Assembly (NCBI RefSeq): GCF_009914755.1
Contig: NC_060947.1
DNA from: the human T2T-CHM13v2.0 reference genome, Homo sapiens
Length of the DNA stretch: 64,000 nucleotides
Strand: one strand, 5' to 3'
Both the position numbers and the translations under genes were made by a program. A model generated the notes under the pieces. It ran no database searches. It was given only the letters and a program-made list of their open reading frames with translations, and had not been told where the DNA came from. Numbering within the stretch: position 1 is the first letter of the stretch; every line of letters starts with the position of its first letter. Below, piece by piece: positions 47,259 to 60,819 of the stretch.

Positions 47259-47436
47259 TAGGGTTGGCAGATAAGTTACAGGACGCCCAGATATAAAAAC
47301 AAGGAATTTAAAAAAGTGTAAGTATGTCCCAAATATTACATGAAATATATTTATATTAAAATAAAATTACTCCTTATCTGAAATACAAATTACACTGGGT
47401 GTCCTGTATTTTTATTTACTAAATATGGCAGTTCTA
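47259..47436. mobile_element. MER53 palindromic MITE
   Basis: TAGGGTTGGCAGAT...TACAGGACGCCCAG arm and complementary CTGGGTGTCCTGTA...TGGCAGTTCTA arm; central TAAGTATGTCCCAAATATT. Confidence 0.85.
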
Positions 47437-47443
47437 TTTATAA

Positions 47444-47754
<311 letters not shown>

Positions 47755-47940
47755 TATAAGTGGTACTTTATAAGCAGCAAAGATCATTTGAAACAGTACA
47801 CTTCCTGAGGTTAGTGACTAATGAGATTATTCCTATATCCCTAAATGTCATAGAAGTGGGAGGAAATGTGAAAAAACAGAGACTCAAGAGTGGGTGTCAG
47901 CTATGGAGCACGCACGCGCACTCTGGTGCTTGCCCACGCT

Positions 47941-48004
47941 GCACTGGCCTACACTGGCCCACGCAGGCCCACACAGACCCACACAGGATCACTCAGACCG
48001 ACAC
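47941..48004. repeat. Degenerate 10-bp-period minisatellite (~6.4 units)
   Basis: GCACTGGCCT/ACACTGGCCC/ACGCAGGCCC/ACACAGACCC/ACACAGGATC/ACTCAGACCG/ACAC. Confidence 0.85.
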
Positions 48005-49606
48005 TCTCCAGGTTAGAGCACTTATCCAGTGGATGGTTCAGCTTTCTGGAGGATAGGTGGAGCGTTCTTAATGCCAGCCCTTTTCTGGTCCCCACTAGGC
48101 TGTGGTACCCTCAGAAGTCGGAAGGCGATGTTACATACTAAGGATTGCTTCCTTTGTGCTGCTGCAGGATGCCCGGTGAAAAAAATCTGTAAAATGACAT
48201 CCAAATAACCCAACCCTTACCTGTGTGGATTTTGAACTTGCTAAAAGACACAGTGGACCCCACCTATTTGTGGATTGAGCTAATAAAAATAATTTAACAA
48301 ACAATGTGATAAATATGATGGATATGGGAAAGCTGATAGTGAAGATCTTTGGGTCTTATAAGACTGTCAAAGAGGATATCCAAGAAGAAACGGGACAAAG
48401 AAGAAAGATGAATTGCATTTCTAAGAAGGTATTTAAATCCAGTACCTCCAAAATATTAATATAAAGATAAATGCATTACTAGGCGGTTTTTGAATAAATT
48501 TTTTTTGTTTACAAACTAAACTATTATTCTGTAAGTAGGACTATATTAAAGTGAAAAAGAGTAGCAAAGTATGAATGAATACACAAACACACATAAAACT
48601 TTCTAATTAGAACAAAAAAACCATATTTCTTTTGGTCCTTTTGCTTTGTTTGTTTAAGGTACATAATTGAAAAATCAGCTATTCTGAATGAAAGCTTTCT
48701 ATCAAGTAGATGATACTTAGATTTATTTTTGCTGTCACCTGGCTTAGTTGGCTATATAAACATAACAAATTGCTAATTGATATTAGTAAATATACAGTAT
48801 TTGTGACTTCCTTCAGTCATTATACCTTTCCTCGAGAAAGTAGACTTAATTGCACCACGTATTGGGGGCTGAATTTTACTAGTACTACTAATTTATCCAG
48901 CAGTGGCTTTCTATTTGCTATATATTAACAATTTGCATCTTGAATTAGACAGTTTTCTTGTAGTGTGGAGATATTTATTACTTCTAATGACATGTCAATT
49001 CTACTTTACTTTTAGGCCTAATTTTAAATTCACTTAAGAAAACCATTTTTTATTGAAGAGATGTGTACATATTTTCAGGATGGTCATTTAAAAAAAATTC
49101 CAAGCAAGTGAATGAAATCATTCTTGGGCTGTGAATTACCTTAAAAAATACATTTGGGAAATATACAGTGCCTACTACCCAAGATAGTTATGGTGACTAA
49201 TTAGCTTCTTACCTAGATTTACAGCACCGTTACCCTGTAAAATAATCTTTGTAAAATAGGTCACAAACTGGGTCTGCCTGAATCTTAAGTATAAATTTCA
49301 TGTTTCATGGTTTTGTACTGCAGCTCTAAAGTAAAACAAAACTTATTGTCAATCGAATCACTTTGGAGGTTCATGTTGCCTCGCATGTCTTTTGCTTAAA
49401 TTCTTGTCTACAGCTGCCTGCCTGATTTGGATCTTGTGCCCTAATCCTAGTAACTGGACTCCTGTTTTGCTACTGTGAACACATTTTTGTCTGTTCGCCT
49501 CATGCTAGTAACTCCCTTTCTCATTCTTCCACATGTCTGGTTCTGAACACCCTTCTGATGACTACAGCTCTGATCCCTCCTCTCCTGGTGAATGATGTTC
49601 TGAACC

Positions 49607-49962
49607 TGTCTTAGGCTGTTGTATAACAAAGTGCCATAGACTGGATGGTTTGTAAACAACAGAAACTTATTTCTCCCAGTTATGTAGGCTTGAAGTTAGA
49701 GAACAGGATGCTAGCATGGTGGGGTTCTGGTGAGAACCCTCTTCTTGTCTGCAGAATGCTATCTTCTTATATCCTCACATGGTGGAGAGCAGAGAGCAAG
49801 TTCTCTGGGGTCTCTTTTGTAAGGGCACTAATCCCATTCATGAGGGTTCTACCCTTATGTCCTAATTACCTCCCAAAGGCCCCACCCTCTAATACCATCA
49901 CATTCTGGATTCAGATTTCATCATATGAATTTTAGAGGGACACAAACATTCAGTCCATAGCA
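49607..49962 (-). mobile_element. MaLR solo LTR (MLT1A0-like)
   Basis: TGTCTTAG...CCATAGACTGG, TAAGGGCACTAATCCCATTCATGAGGG, GGGACACAAACATTCAGTCCATAGCA. Confidence 0.88.
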
Positions 49963-50173
49963 GATCACAGCCTTCAGCGGTGGCAGCCTTAGAATTTCTA
50001 TGTAGCAATTAGGCGGTGCTTGGAGCTGAGCTGTTTGGGTATGGGAGAAAAGCAGCTTGTTTTAAAGCCATGTGTGCATTGCAATTACCCTTTTTTTAGT
50101 AAAAGTTGCATATTTAGTTGTGGTGGCTTGGGGGTAGTAATAAAAATTCATGAAGGAGCAGGTTTCTTTGTAG

Positions 50174-50522
<349 letters not shown>

Positions 50523-50789
50523 AAGAATTGTTTTCTTACTTAGTTTTGTGTCTGCAGCTTTGTATATAAATAGCATATAGCTGTAGTAAATAAATATCTT
50601 TGATGATTGATCTAATGTCATGAATTTCTAGTCCTGGATTCCAAATAGCCACATCTATTCAACTGTAACTCTTGGGATACCCTATTTCTCCTCCTTGAAG
50701 TTTTCTGTTGGAAAACGCTTGCTTTAGCCACTGTCTATGGCCTCTCATGATATCCTCCAGTTATGAAGGTGTTTAATGTACTGTGAGCC

Positions 50790-50990
50790 ATGGATAGCAT
50801 AATATAGTCATGAGATTTATCATAAAACAGACCTGGAACTGAATTTGTGTCATACCAATGGTCTGGTTACTTCTCTTTGCCTGTTTTACATTTCAATAAA
50901 ATAAGGATAATAATAATATTCATTCTTTCTCACAGTGGTTAAGAGGATTAAATTAGGAAACTTAAGTGTTTGACACGTATTTGATAATCA
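50790..50990 (+). mobile_element. MIR relic
   Basis: ACAGACCTGG..TGAAT, AATAAAATAAGGATAATAATA and GGTTAAGAGGATTAAAT motifs. Confidence 0.55.
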
Positions 50991-50992
50991 GG

Positions 50993-51076
50993 AAAATTGC
51001 CCTCATCTGATATGTTGAACTTATAAAAATTGCCCTCATCTGATATGTTGAACAAAGATGGACTTTGTTCAACATA
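50993..51076. repeat. Perfect 28-bp direct repeat overlapping a perfect 14-bp inverted repeat
   Basis: AAAATTGCCCTCATCTGATATGTTGAAC at 50993-51020 and 51026-51053; TATGTTGAACAAAG-atgga-CTTTGTTCAACATA at 51044-51076. Confidence 0.95.
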
Positions 51077-51301
51077 CTTTATCCGTGTTTTGGATAAATA
51101 TAGATATTCAAAGTGCTGAGTCATTCATTCAACAAACTGTCTCTTAGGTGCTACTTTATTTCAGGCTCTTTGCTAAGATGAACTGGACCAGAAATTTATC
51201 AGAAAAAGTAACAGGGCATATGACATATTAGAGTTAAGGATGGCTAGAAGAGAAATGGGGATGGTTCAGGTAGAACAACACAATTAAAAATGTAGCCCCA
51301 A

Positions 51302-51590
51302 GGCCGGGCGCAGTGGCTCACACCTGTAATCTCAGCACTTTGGGAAGCTGAGGCGGGTGGATCACTTGATGTCAGGAGTTCAAGACCAGACTGGCCAACA
51401 TGGTGAAACCGTGTTTCTACTAAAAATAAAAAAACTAGCCCGTTGTGGTGGCGCATGCCTGTAATCCCGGCTACTCAGGAAGCTGAGGCAGGAGAATCGC
51501 TTGAACCAGGAGGCAGAGGTTGCAGTGAACGGAGATTGCACTACTGCACTCCAGCCTGGGTGACAGAGTGAGAGGCTCTATCTCAAAAAA
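51302..51590 (+). mobile_element. Alu SINE (AluSx-like)
   Basis: Full dimer; tail runs into a TA-rich tract. Confidence 0.96.
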
Positions 51591-51763
51591 TATTATATAT
51601 ATATATATAACTTATATATATAAATTATTTATATAATTTATAATATAATATAATTTTATATATAAATTATATATAATTATATCATTTATAATATAATTTA
51701 TAATTATATCATATCATATATAATTTATATATATAATCATATATAAATTGTATATATATATAT
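51591..51763. repeat. AT-rich (TA)n/(TATAA)n low-complexity tract
   Basis: Directly visible; almost exclusively A/T. Confidence 0.95.
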
Positions 51764-52024
51764 CCCCTCCAAAATTGAAGAGAATGGAGAAATAATAACA
51801 ATTCGAGTTAATTTCGGTGATCTTGGAGACATTGCTGAGGCTAGAAAGGATAGAACTTTAAGAGACTTGTAGTTATGTGGACTTTATGGATAAATACAAA
51901 AGTTTTCTCAGGCAAATGTAGAGAATCTCTGCTTTGTTTCCACTGACTTTAAGTATATCACCATGATAAACACTTTGGTGCTATTCTAATTGCATATAAA
52001 CATGCACAACTCCCATCCTGAAGG

Positions 52025-52136
52025 TAGGATGACCAATTATCCCATTTGCCCAAGCCTGAGGACTTTCCCAAGAAACAGGACTTTCTTTGCTAAAGCTGGG
52101 AGTGTCCTAGGCAAACTGGGACAAGTTGGTCACCCG
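52025..52136. mobile_element. MER94 (hAT-Blackjack MITE)
   Basis: TIRs TAGGATGACCAA.T.TCCCA.TTTGCC ... GGCAAACTGGGACAAGTTGGTCACCC. Confidence 0.8.
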
Positions 52137-54768
52137 CTTTAAAGCAAAGACAAGACTGTGTCTTAATCTTTATGCATCCCAGAACTTTGTGTAATTCCTT
52201 GTATAGTGCTTTGGAGGGGATCAATACATACTTTTGCTGACTCATCAGTTTTAAACCAGACCCTTGTGATTTTGTCTGGATAGTTAACCAGAATAGACGT
52301 TGGTTGAGGCTGATAAATTAGGGAAAATAGAGCTGTTTGGCTAAAAGTAAAACTAAGAAGAAGAAAGCCAGCCTCATCTGCAATATTGAAAAAAATATGT
52401 GTTCTTTCTCTAGTCTGCACCTGTAATTTTATGTTTCAGGTTTATTTGGACTCTCAGAATTTTCACAATATAGCAGAATTGTTCCTTGCACTCAGTTAAG
52501 GAGTAATGCAATCAGAACAGGGGTTGGAATGGTAATAACCAAATTCCTGCCACAGCTCTACCACCCTCTAATAATATAAACTTAAGTAAGTCACTTAAAC
52601 TCTCAAAGCATTATTGCTTTCAACCAAAGGCATGTGTATAATAACAACTTCCTTATAAGAAACAGCTCCATATGATAACTTTTATAAAATAGACTTAGGA
52701 ACTTCAAAGGATGAGATAAATTCGAATTATTCTAATGACCAGTCATGCCATAATGATAGTGATATGCTGATTTAAATGATTCAGATTATGGTTGTCAACA
52801 TGTGATAGTGAAAATAACTAAACTACCAAAGTTGAATTTCCATGTACACACTGAAAGGACAATATCTATAAATATCTATAGCACACCTCAATGGTCACAA
52901 TTTCCAGTGAGTAACATTGATTAAGTAAAATTAAATTCTTCTGAAGTTTAAGTCTGTAGTCTCCTAAAATGCCCACACTGGCTCAATTATTCATGAATTA
53001 CAGTTATATTCTTTTTCTCAAGTCTTTCAAAAGGACTAATTTAAAAACCAGAAAAGGTATTAACAAATCAAAAGAACAAAGGGACATGTTCATTTCAAGT
53101 TATGCCTTGAAATTGTAATGAAAACTTAATCTCAAGGGCCCCACATATTTTCTAACTGCTAAATGGAATATCCTAGTTGTACTTTTGTATCTAGACTGAA
53201 CAAAACTTATAAAATTCATTCCAACACACTTGCCAGCTAATGGATCTGAGTACATTTAATAGTAAAAATAATGCTACTGATTACATTCAGTAATGCATTT
53301 TGTTTTTTGCATTTTTTTCTATTCCGAAGATTGACTGAGTTAGTAGTCCAATGCTGATGTGTTACTTATCAGCTATGATGAAATTACTAGAGTTTTTCCC
53401 AGTTAGCTATGATGTCTACCAAGAAACTATGATGACAAAGAAGTCTGGATTTCTAGTCCAGCTGGGCAGCACAATAATAAGAATCATTCAGGAGCGCTGT
53501 ATGGACTGAATTTATTGAGCAAGAAGAAAACTGCATGAACAAACTGTGGAAGCTTAACACATCTGGTTAGCAAAGAAATTTATTTTGGCCGGAGAGATTA
53601 AAAACCTCTTTTTCCAGTAACTTATTCTGCCAGAGGTACTAGACCAGAATCTGGGCCATCCCACAGATCTTAGCATATGGGCATTTTTCAGTAGAAGGAG
53701 CATTGAAGTTACTGAACTGTTTTCTCTGCCTAGCCAATTTAATATGAAATATGATTGAAACCAGTAGGTCCGCACTGGTATTTATTTATTTCCCAGTGCT
53801 TTCCTAAACGAGTTTTATAGTATTCAGAGCATAGTGTTAAATTGATTCACCTTTCTCCATATGAGAATTGTAAGCAATTTGATTAGCTTTTCTCTATTTT
53901 CATCTTCTGACATATACTGTTATAACTAAGAAAAATTATAACCCTTTTTTCTTACTGAAAATAATTTATATTCAGTAGTGTTTTTGTGCCTGCACAGAAT
54001 ATAATCTCTACAGGCTTAAATATCAACATTTGTAACTGTATGGGTATGATGGTATTAAGAACAATTCCAAAGACAAATTACACTTTTAAATGTTCATGAT
54101 ACTGAATTTATCCCTCAGACCTTATAATTGAACTTTGCAAACCAGACACATTCCTGTGTGTTTTATTTAGTGAAGGAAGGAAAGAATGTTAGAAAAAAAA
54201 TAAAATTAGGGTTTTTTATATGACTGCTAAACATGATAAATTAAGGGAGTCTTGTTACCCTGAGAGATGTAACTTTATTGATCTCTCAGTTAAAAGCTGC
54301 TAAATGAGTGAATGAAAAGATAGAAGCTGGGGGAGGGGGACTGCTATCTTTGCTCTTCAAGAAATGGTTTATGCTAAAATTTAATGACCACCTACTAAGA
54401 GCAGTGATGCATGCGGAGGCTTGGGTCCTTTTTTTCTTCCTTTCCATGCCTTTCACAGCGGAGTCTACCACTGCTGCTCATCCTTAGTTTCACCTGCCTT
54501 ACTTTCTGTCCAGTTTTCTTCCTGGATCAGGGCCCTGGCACCCTATCTAACTTCTATTAATTCTGTTTCCTGGCTGTGGGTCATGTTCCTCATATCTACC
54601 ACCTGCTTTCTAGTGGCAGTACAACAATTACAGCTACCTGCCAGCCCCATCACCCCACTTGAAAGGAATCCATTATTTCCAGGGTCCTGCTTGGATTGCC
54701 TTATTTCAATCCTTTAAAAAAAATATTCATTCTTGTGGGCTTTTGACTTTCTCATTTCCAAGGTCTTC

Positions 54769-55088
54769 TTTTTTTAACCTTTAAATTCAGGGGTACAAGT
54801 GCAGGTTTGTTACATAGGTGAACTTGTGTCATAGAAGTTTGTTGTACAGATTATTTCCTCACCCAGGTATTAAGCCTAGAACCCAGTAATTATTTTTCCT
54901 GATCCTCTCCCTCCTCCCACCCTCCACCTTCTGAAATGCCCCAGTGTGTGTTGTTCCCTTCTATGTGTTCATGTGTTCTCATCATTTAGCTCCCACTAAT
55001 ACGTGAGAACATGTGGTATTTGGTTTTCTGTTCCTGTGTTAGTTTGCTAAGGATAATGGCCTCCTGCTCCATCCATGTCCCTGCAAAG
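54769..55088 (-). mobile_element. L1PA (approx. L1PA13-like) 3'UTR and ORF2 tip
   Basis: TTCAGGGGTACAAGTGCAGGTTTGTTACATAGG...GTTGTACAGATTATTTC..CACCCAGGTATTAAGCCTAG; peptide [27 protein letters not shown]. Confidence 0.93.
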
Positions 55089-55480
55089 CATGGTACTGGT
55101 ACAAAAACAGACACATAGACCAATGGAACAGAATAGAGGACCCGGAAATAAGGCTGCACAGCTACATCTATGTGATCTTTGACAAACCTGACAAAAACAA
55201 GCAATGGAAAAAGGATTATCTATTCAATGAATGGTGCTGGGATAACTGGCTAGCCACATGCAGAAGATTGAAACTGGACCCCTTCCTTACACCATATACA
55301 AAAGTTAACTCAAAATGGATTAAAGACTTAAGTGTAAAACCCAAAACTATAAAAACCCTGGAAGACAACCTAGGCAGTACCATTCAGGACATAGGCACGG
55401 GCAAAGATTTCATAATGAAGACACCAAAAGTAATTGCAACTAAAGCAAAAATTGACAAATGGGATCTAATTAAACTAAAG
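55087..55480 (+). mobile_element. L1 ORF2 segment, inverted 5' part of the same insertion
   Basis: Peptide [37 protein letters not shown]...[10 protein letters not shown]; probable TSD AAGGTCTTC / AAAGTCTTC. Confidence 0.93.
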
Positions 55481-58414
55481 TCTTCCCTTAAAAGGTCACT
55501 ACTTTCCAGGTGGGTAGCACATTCAGTGGCTAATATCTTAGTTTGAAGGGCATTTCCCTGGCCAGTGTCCTCTGGAGTTAGAAAGAGCTGAGCAGCATGG
55601 CAGCACTGGTCCTCTGAAAGGGGAAAACATGGAGTGGGATGTGATTAACTGAGATATAAAATCTCGGAGGGTGTGATCCATGACCCTTGTTGACCCATGT
55701 CTTCCTCACACCTAGGAGTGCCTGCAACAATGTAGATCCTCAGTGTTGAATATATGAATGTGTAAATGAAGGTACCTATTTCACAAATCGTCTAGGATTG
55801 ACATCACCCTAAGGATGGATGTTGTTTATTTCACCAGCAGTTTGGGATTGTGAAAGCCCTGTGTATGGTCACAGGCTTTGAAATGTGTGATGAATCTGCA
55901 TCTTTAATTGGGTCTCTATAGTCAAATGAGAGTCTTCATTTTTCTAAAGGTTCATACTGAGAAGCACAGGCTTTCTTTCAGTGTATTGAAGGTGCATTGT
56001 ATTAGATTAACACTGAACCAAACCATTGTCCTTTGAATTGCATGTTGTAATCAAACAATGCGATTGTTTTGTTAAATACTTTAAAAATTGTATTGACTTC
56101 TCAAACTAAATAGAAACTTACTTAGCTTAATAGTCAGCTTATATCATATTTTATCTCATCACATTTTTCTTTTCTAATGACTGTATTTGCTTTATTATTC
56201 TGTGGCTAAGTAAGATTTAAAAAAAAAACCCAAAACAACATTAAAATGCTCCCTTTTGACCAAGGTACTTCCTTCTCATTGTGGAAAATGTGGAAAACTC
56301 TCACATCAATTGCACCACCACCCCCCTTCCCTATGCACTCAATGAAACAATTTAAATTAAGTATCTATTTTGTGTCAGCTATGGAGATAGACTTTGGGGA
56401 AATACCGTTCCTTTTTTCATTCTTCATTTTGTGCCAACAAAATATTTTGAGGGAGGAATATTTTTATATCAATTATTTTCATTATCTAAGTTAAAATAGG
56501 TACAATGGCCATTTACCCTAGATTTGTTTTAACTGTCCTAATTTTCAAATAGTCTGAATTATTTACCTGCATTTAAAGCTATGAGTCCTAATGTTGGTTT
56601 TGGAACATATGGTCCTCTTGGAGATATATTTATTTTCAGAGAAACTACCTGAGAATTTTTACGTTTTTTCTTGAGTCAAAGTAGACTTATGTTTTAATAG
56701 CTTGAATAGAAGAAAATTTCAAAACTCTTAGCCCATTGTAAAGTTAAAGAGTACATAAGTTTATGTAGTATTCATGATTTACGAATAATTGGATTTTTAG
56801 ATCAAAATTAACTAATTGAACTTGAAAAATATCCAACTCTATTTTTATGTCATGTATTCAATGCATACACATTTTATATACCCAAATCTCTAGACACTGT
56901 GCCTGGCAATATGAATTTAAAATAATAAGTAAATATTTCTTGATTTTAGTTTTAATGCACAATAAAACACTAAGAATAAATAGCCTAGTTGGTGTATATA
57001 GAAAAATCCATAAGTAATGATTCAAAATTATTTGAAGATGGACATATTATTTTTAGTAGTGAGTATATATGGGATGTGGCTGAAATTACTAGACATATAA
57101 CCATAATATTATGTGACCATTTGGTGTAGATAATGCCTGACTAACAATAGCAGCAATGTATGGTTGTTTTTTGGTGTTTCTACCTTTTAGACTTACACAT
57201 TTTAAATGCTTAAGATGAGTAATCTCATTCATCTTTCCTGTTGCTTGCACTGAATATTTGTTGCTGCTAATCCTTCTTATTTCCATAGTATTGTTCAAAG
57301 GTACATTCCAGGGCATCTTTGAAGCATATTTTTTAACCCCTGCTGTGTCTCTAACTTGTCATGTAATGGTTGCTTGAGCAAGTCAGCCATTCTGTGTGTG
57401 TTTGCCAAGCCCCAGTGTGCTGGTATAAGTAGGCATTGCAATTAGGCTGAGAGACAAGCTGCATTACAAGAACTATTTGCTGCTTATATTGTCCCAATAT
57501 TTTAACCCAAGCCAATACAGATAGCATTGAGCATAATACTTTACATATAGTATTAAATATAGCATACATTACATAAAGCATAATACAATATATATAACAT
57601 TGCGCATAATATATTGAGCATGTACCATATGTCCAGCTTTTGCTAACTACTGTGGAGAAATATGGGGGTGGGATGAGGAAGGCAGTATTGGATGGGAGGC
57701 TGGTAAGAAGTATAAAGGAGACCTGCTCTTAGTAAACTGCAGTTTTGTTGAGGATAACAGTGATATACAAAAATAATTAGAAATCATATAAGGAAAATAT
57801 ACAAACAGCGATGCTTAGGTTGTGCTGATTTAACTCTTTATGATGCAGAACATGTAACTGGGCAGCTCCAAGTCCTAAAGTCTTGTAGGAGTTCAGTTGT
57901 TTGGGGTAACTACATTTCATTCATGAGTTGTAAGAGTGTAGCTATCTTCGTGTCATGTCTTACTACCTTTTGAATCATTGGTAATCATTGTTAAACACAA
58001 TACTTTGGTAGAAGAGATCAGTGACAATTCACCTCTATGATTGTTAATGAAAACGTTTGACTACTGAAATACCTTCAGTGGTAATAGCTTCACTATTCTT
58101 AATTTTTTTTTACCACAACACTTAATTTTTAATCTACGATATGATCATTTTATTGCTCCATCCTCTAAATTTAGCCACTGAGATGATTTTAAAGCATCCT
58201 TAAATTCCTTAAGAAAATTTAAAAATCAGGAATAGACAGAAGGAAGGATTCACATCTATATTTATCCCAATATACTTTCCTGGTGTTTTGGAGGATGTCA
58301 GCTTCATCACAGATTAAACACCAAGAAAAGGAGAGGTTTAAAAGTTCACATGGATGTGCTGCACTATGCAATATTTTTTTATTTTCTGTGTGCATATTAA
58401 TAACACTTATTTTA

Positions 58415-58735
<321 letters not shown>

Positions 58736-59559
58736 TTAGGATTTTGCCTTTTCTTGAGGACTTATATTGTTTTTGAGGATTTTACTAGCATTTTCTAGGT
58801 CTAAGGACTCAAAAATCCTGACCCCAATTCTTTTTCTCTTATACGTAGTGACAGACTGATATTATTGTACCAATTATATAACTCAGCTTCTCATCATTTT
58901 GATGTGCAGAGGTTAGTTAATTTTTAGAAGCTACACAGCTAATAAATAGTGTATTTATTTTTTACAAAGGAAAGTTCTACCTTATAAAAGAATAGTTCTG
59001 TTATGAAATCTTATACATCAGTTATAGAGGGGAGGACATATAAATTATATTACTTATACAAGTCAACTAATTTTATTGTATGATAATGAGACAGATATGT
59101 TATTAAAATTTCTTCATTACATCAGTTTTTCCAAAATAGACAGTTTTATTGACTTTTCTTTTTCTAAAGGTATTATGAATATTATCTTTAATGCCAGCAT
59201 TTAAAGATCTTTATGTTTTGTGTGCATATTATAGTTTTTTCTGTGTGTTTGTGTGTTATATAAGAAGGATCATGTGATATATACAGTTTTGAAACTGGCT
59301 TCAACTCCCCCTTTCACAGTATGTCATAGACATCTATCAGTGTAGTCATTGATTACAAATCTGCATCATGATTATAATGACTGTGTAGCAGCATATTGAA
59401 TTGATTCGTATGTCTTTGTTTATTTGCTTAACCAATCTCTTATTGGTGGACACTTGGTTTTCACATTTTCTCTCTGATACCAACACAACTCTGAGATGTG
59501 TATACTTTCTATGAGACTGTGTGTGTCATGCATACTTTCAAAGATAGCCTTCTGATACC

Positions 59560-59853
59560 TTTTTTTTTTTTGAGACGGAGTCTCACTGTGTCACCCAGGC
59601 TGGAGTGCAGTGGGGTGATTTTGGCTCACTGTATCCTCTGCCTCCTGGATTCAAGTGATTCTCCTGCCTCAGCCTCCTGAATAGCGGGGATTACAGGCAT
59701 GTACCACGAAGCCCAACTAATTTTTGTATTTTTAGTAGAGATGGGGTTTCCCTGTATTGGCCAGGCTGGTCTCGAACTCCTGACCTCAGGTGATCTGCCT
59801 CTCTTAGCCTCCCAAAGTGTTGGGATTATAGATGTAAGCCACCACACCCAGCC
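59560..59853 (-). mobile_element. Alu SINE (AluSx-like) inside an old minus-strand L1M relic (~59230-59900)
   Basis: Reverse dimer; degenerate TSD TGATACCTT / TGATTACTT; left flank AACCAATCTCTTATTGGTGGACACTTGG is L1M-like. Confidence 0.95.
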
Positions 59854-59957
59854 TGATTACTTCTTCAGGATAAATTTCAGGAAGTTGCAGAGCAATGTCA
59901 TGTTGCAGCCTCTACCACCTCCTTCTTTTCCTCCTCCTTCCATTTTTTTTTGTTATC

Positions 59958-60506
59958 TGTAACTATCTCAAGTCTGACTGCTCGCCAGTCAGAGGCCAAA
60001 AACATGAGAAGTGAGATATGGTGAAAGGAAAGCAACTTTATTGATTGAATGCTAGCAGATGGGAGATGGCCAGGCTTCTGCCTCAAATAAGCCATCTTAG
60101 TTTTTTGGGCCGGATGAAGGAGTTTGAGAGGGAAAAGGTGTGGGAAGTATGCTAGAGTGGTGCAGGAGGTTGCAAGTCTATGTTTTATTCCGATGGCTAT
60201 CAAGTAATCGCCCGTTGGAAGATCCGGTTTGCATCACCTTGACTTTGGCTCGGTAGTGGTGGACTATCTGTATCTGTAATTCCTCCTAAGCAGTAGGATT
60301 CTGCCTCTGGGTCTCTCTCTGCCTGATTTGTTTAAAAATTGGCCCCTGGAATTTTAAGGCAAGCACATAATTACATAAGCGAGCACTGTTCACTGAAATG
60401 CCTGGTGGGAAAGGAGGAAACAGAGTTTCAAAGTATGTTTCAAGGCTGAAAGCAAGAAAGGAAAAAAGTTTTAAAATGCATTTTGAGGCTGAAATACTTG
60501 GTTACC
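59958..60506 (-). mobile_element. ERV (probably ERV1) solo LTR, family unresolved
   Basis: ~550 bp, TGTAAC...GTTACC near-inverted ends, minus-strand AATAAA at 60037-60042, GC-richer than flanks. Confidence 0.6.
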
Positions 60507-60819
60507 TGCTTATTTATATTTATAAATTGGTATTCTAAAGTCCCAATAGACCATAGAGAGAAAAATAGAGAGAAGGAAAGTTTCTTTTTTCTAATACTCT
60601 GCTGTATGTTAGGTACTGTAAATATAGTATTTAATCTTCATGTTAACCCTGAAAGCTGAGTGGAGAGTTTAAATAATATGCCAAAGGCTACATTATCAAT
60701 GTCAAGGCTAAAAGGGAATTTATTAATAGTTCTGTCTAATCGTAGAACATTGTTTTAAAATTTAAGTGAAATTCATATAACATACAATTGACCATTTAAA
60801 AATGTGCAATTCAATGTGT

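Noticed and set aside
53370-53512. Three CTATGATG motifs, with ATGATGA ... CTGA spaced like a C/D-box snoRNA
   Set aside because: No convincing terminal stem and no recognisable rRNA/snRNA guide; snoscan or snoReport would be needed to revive it.
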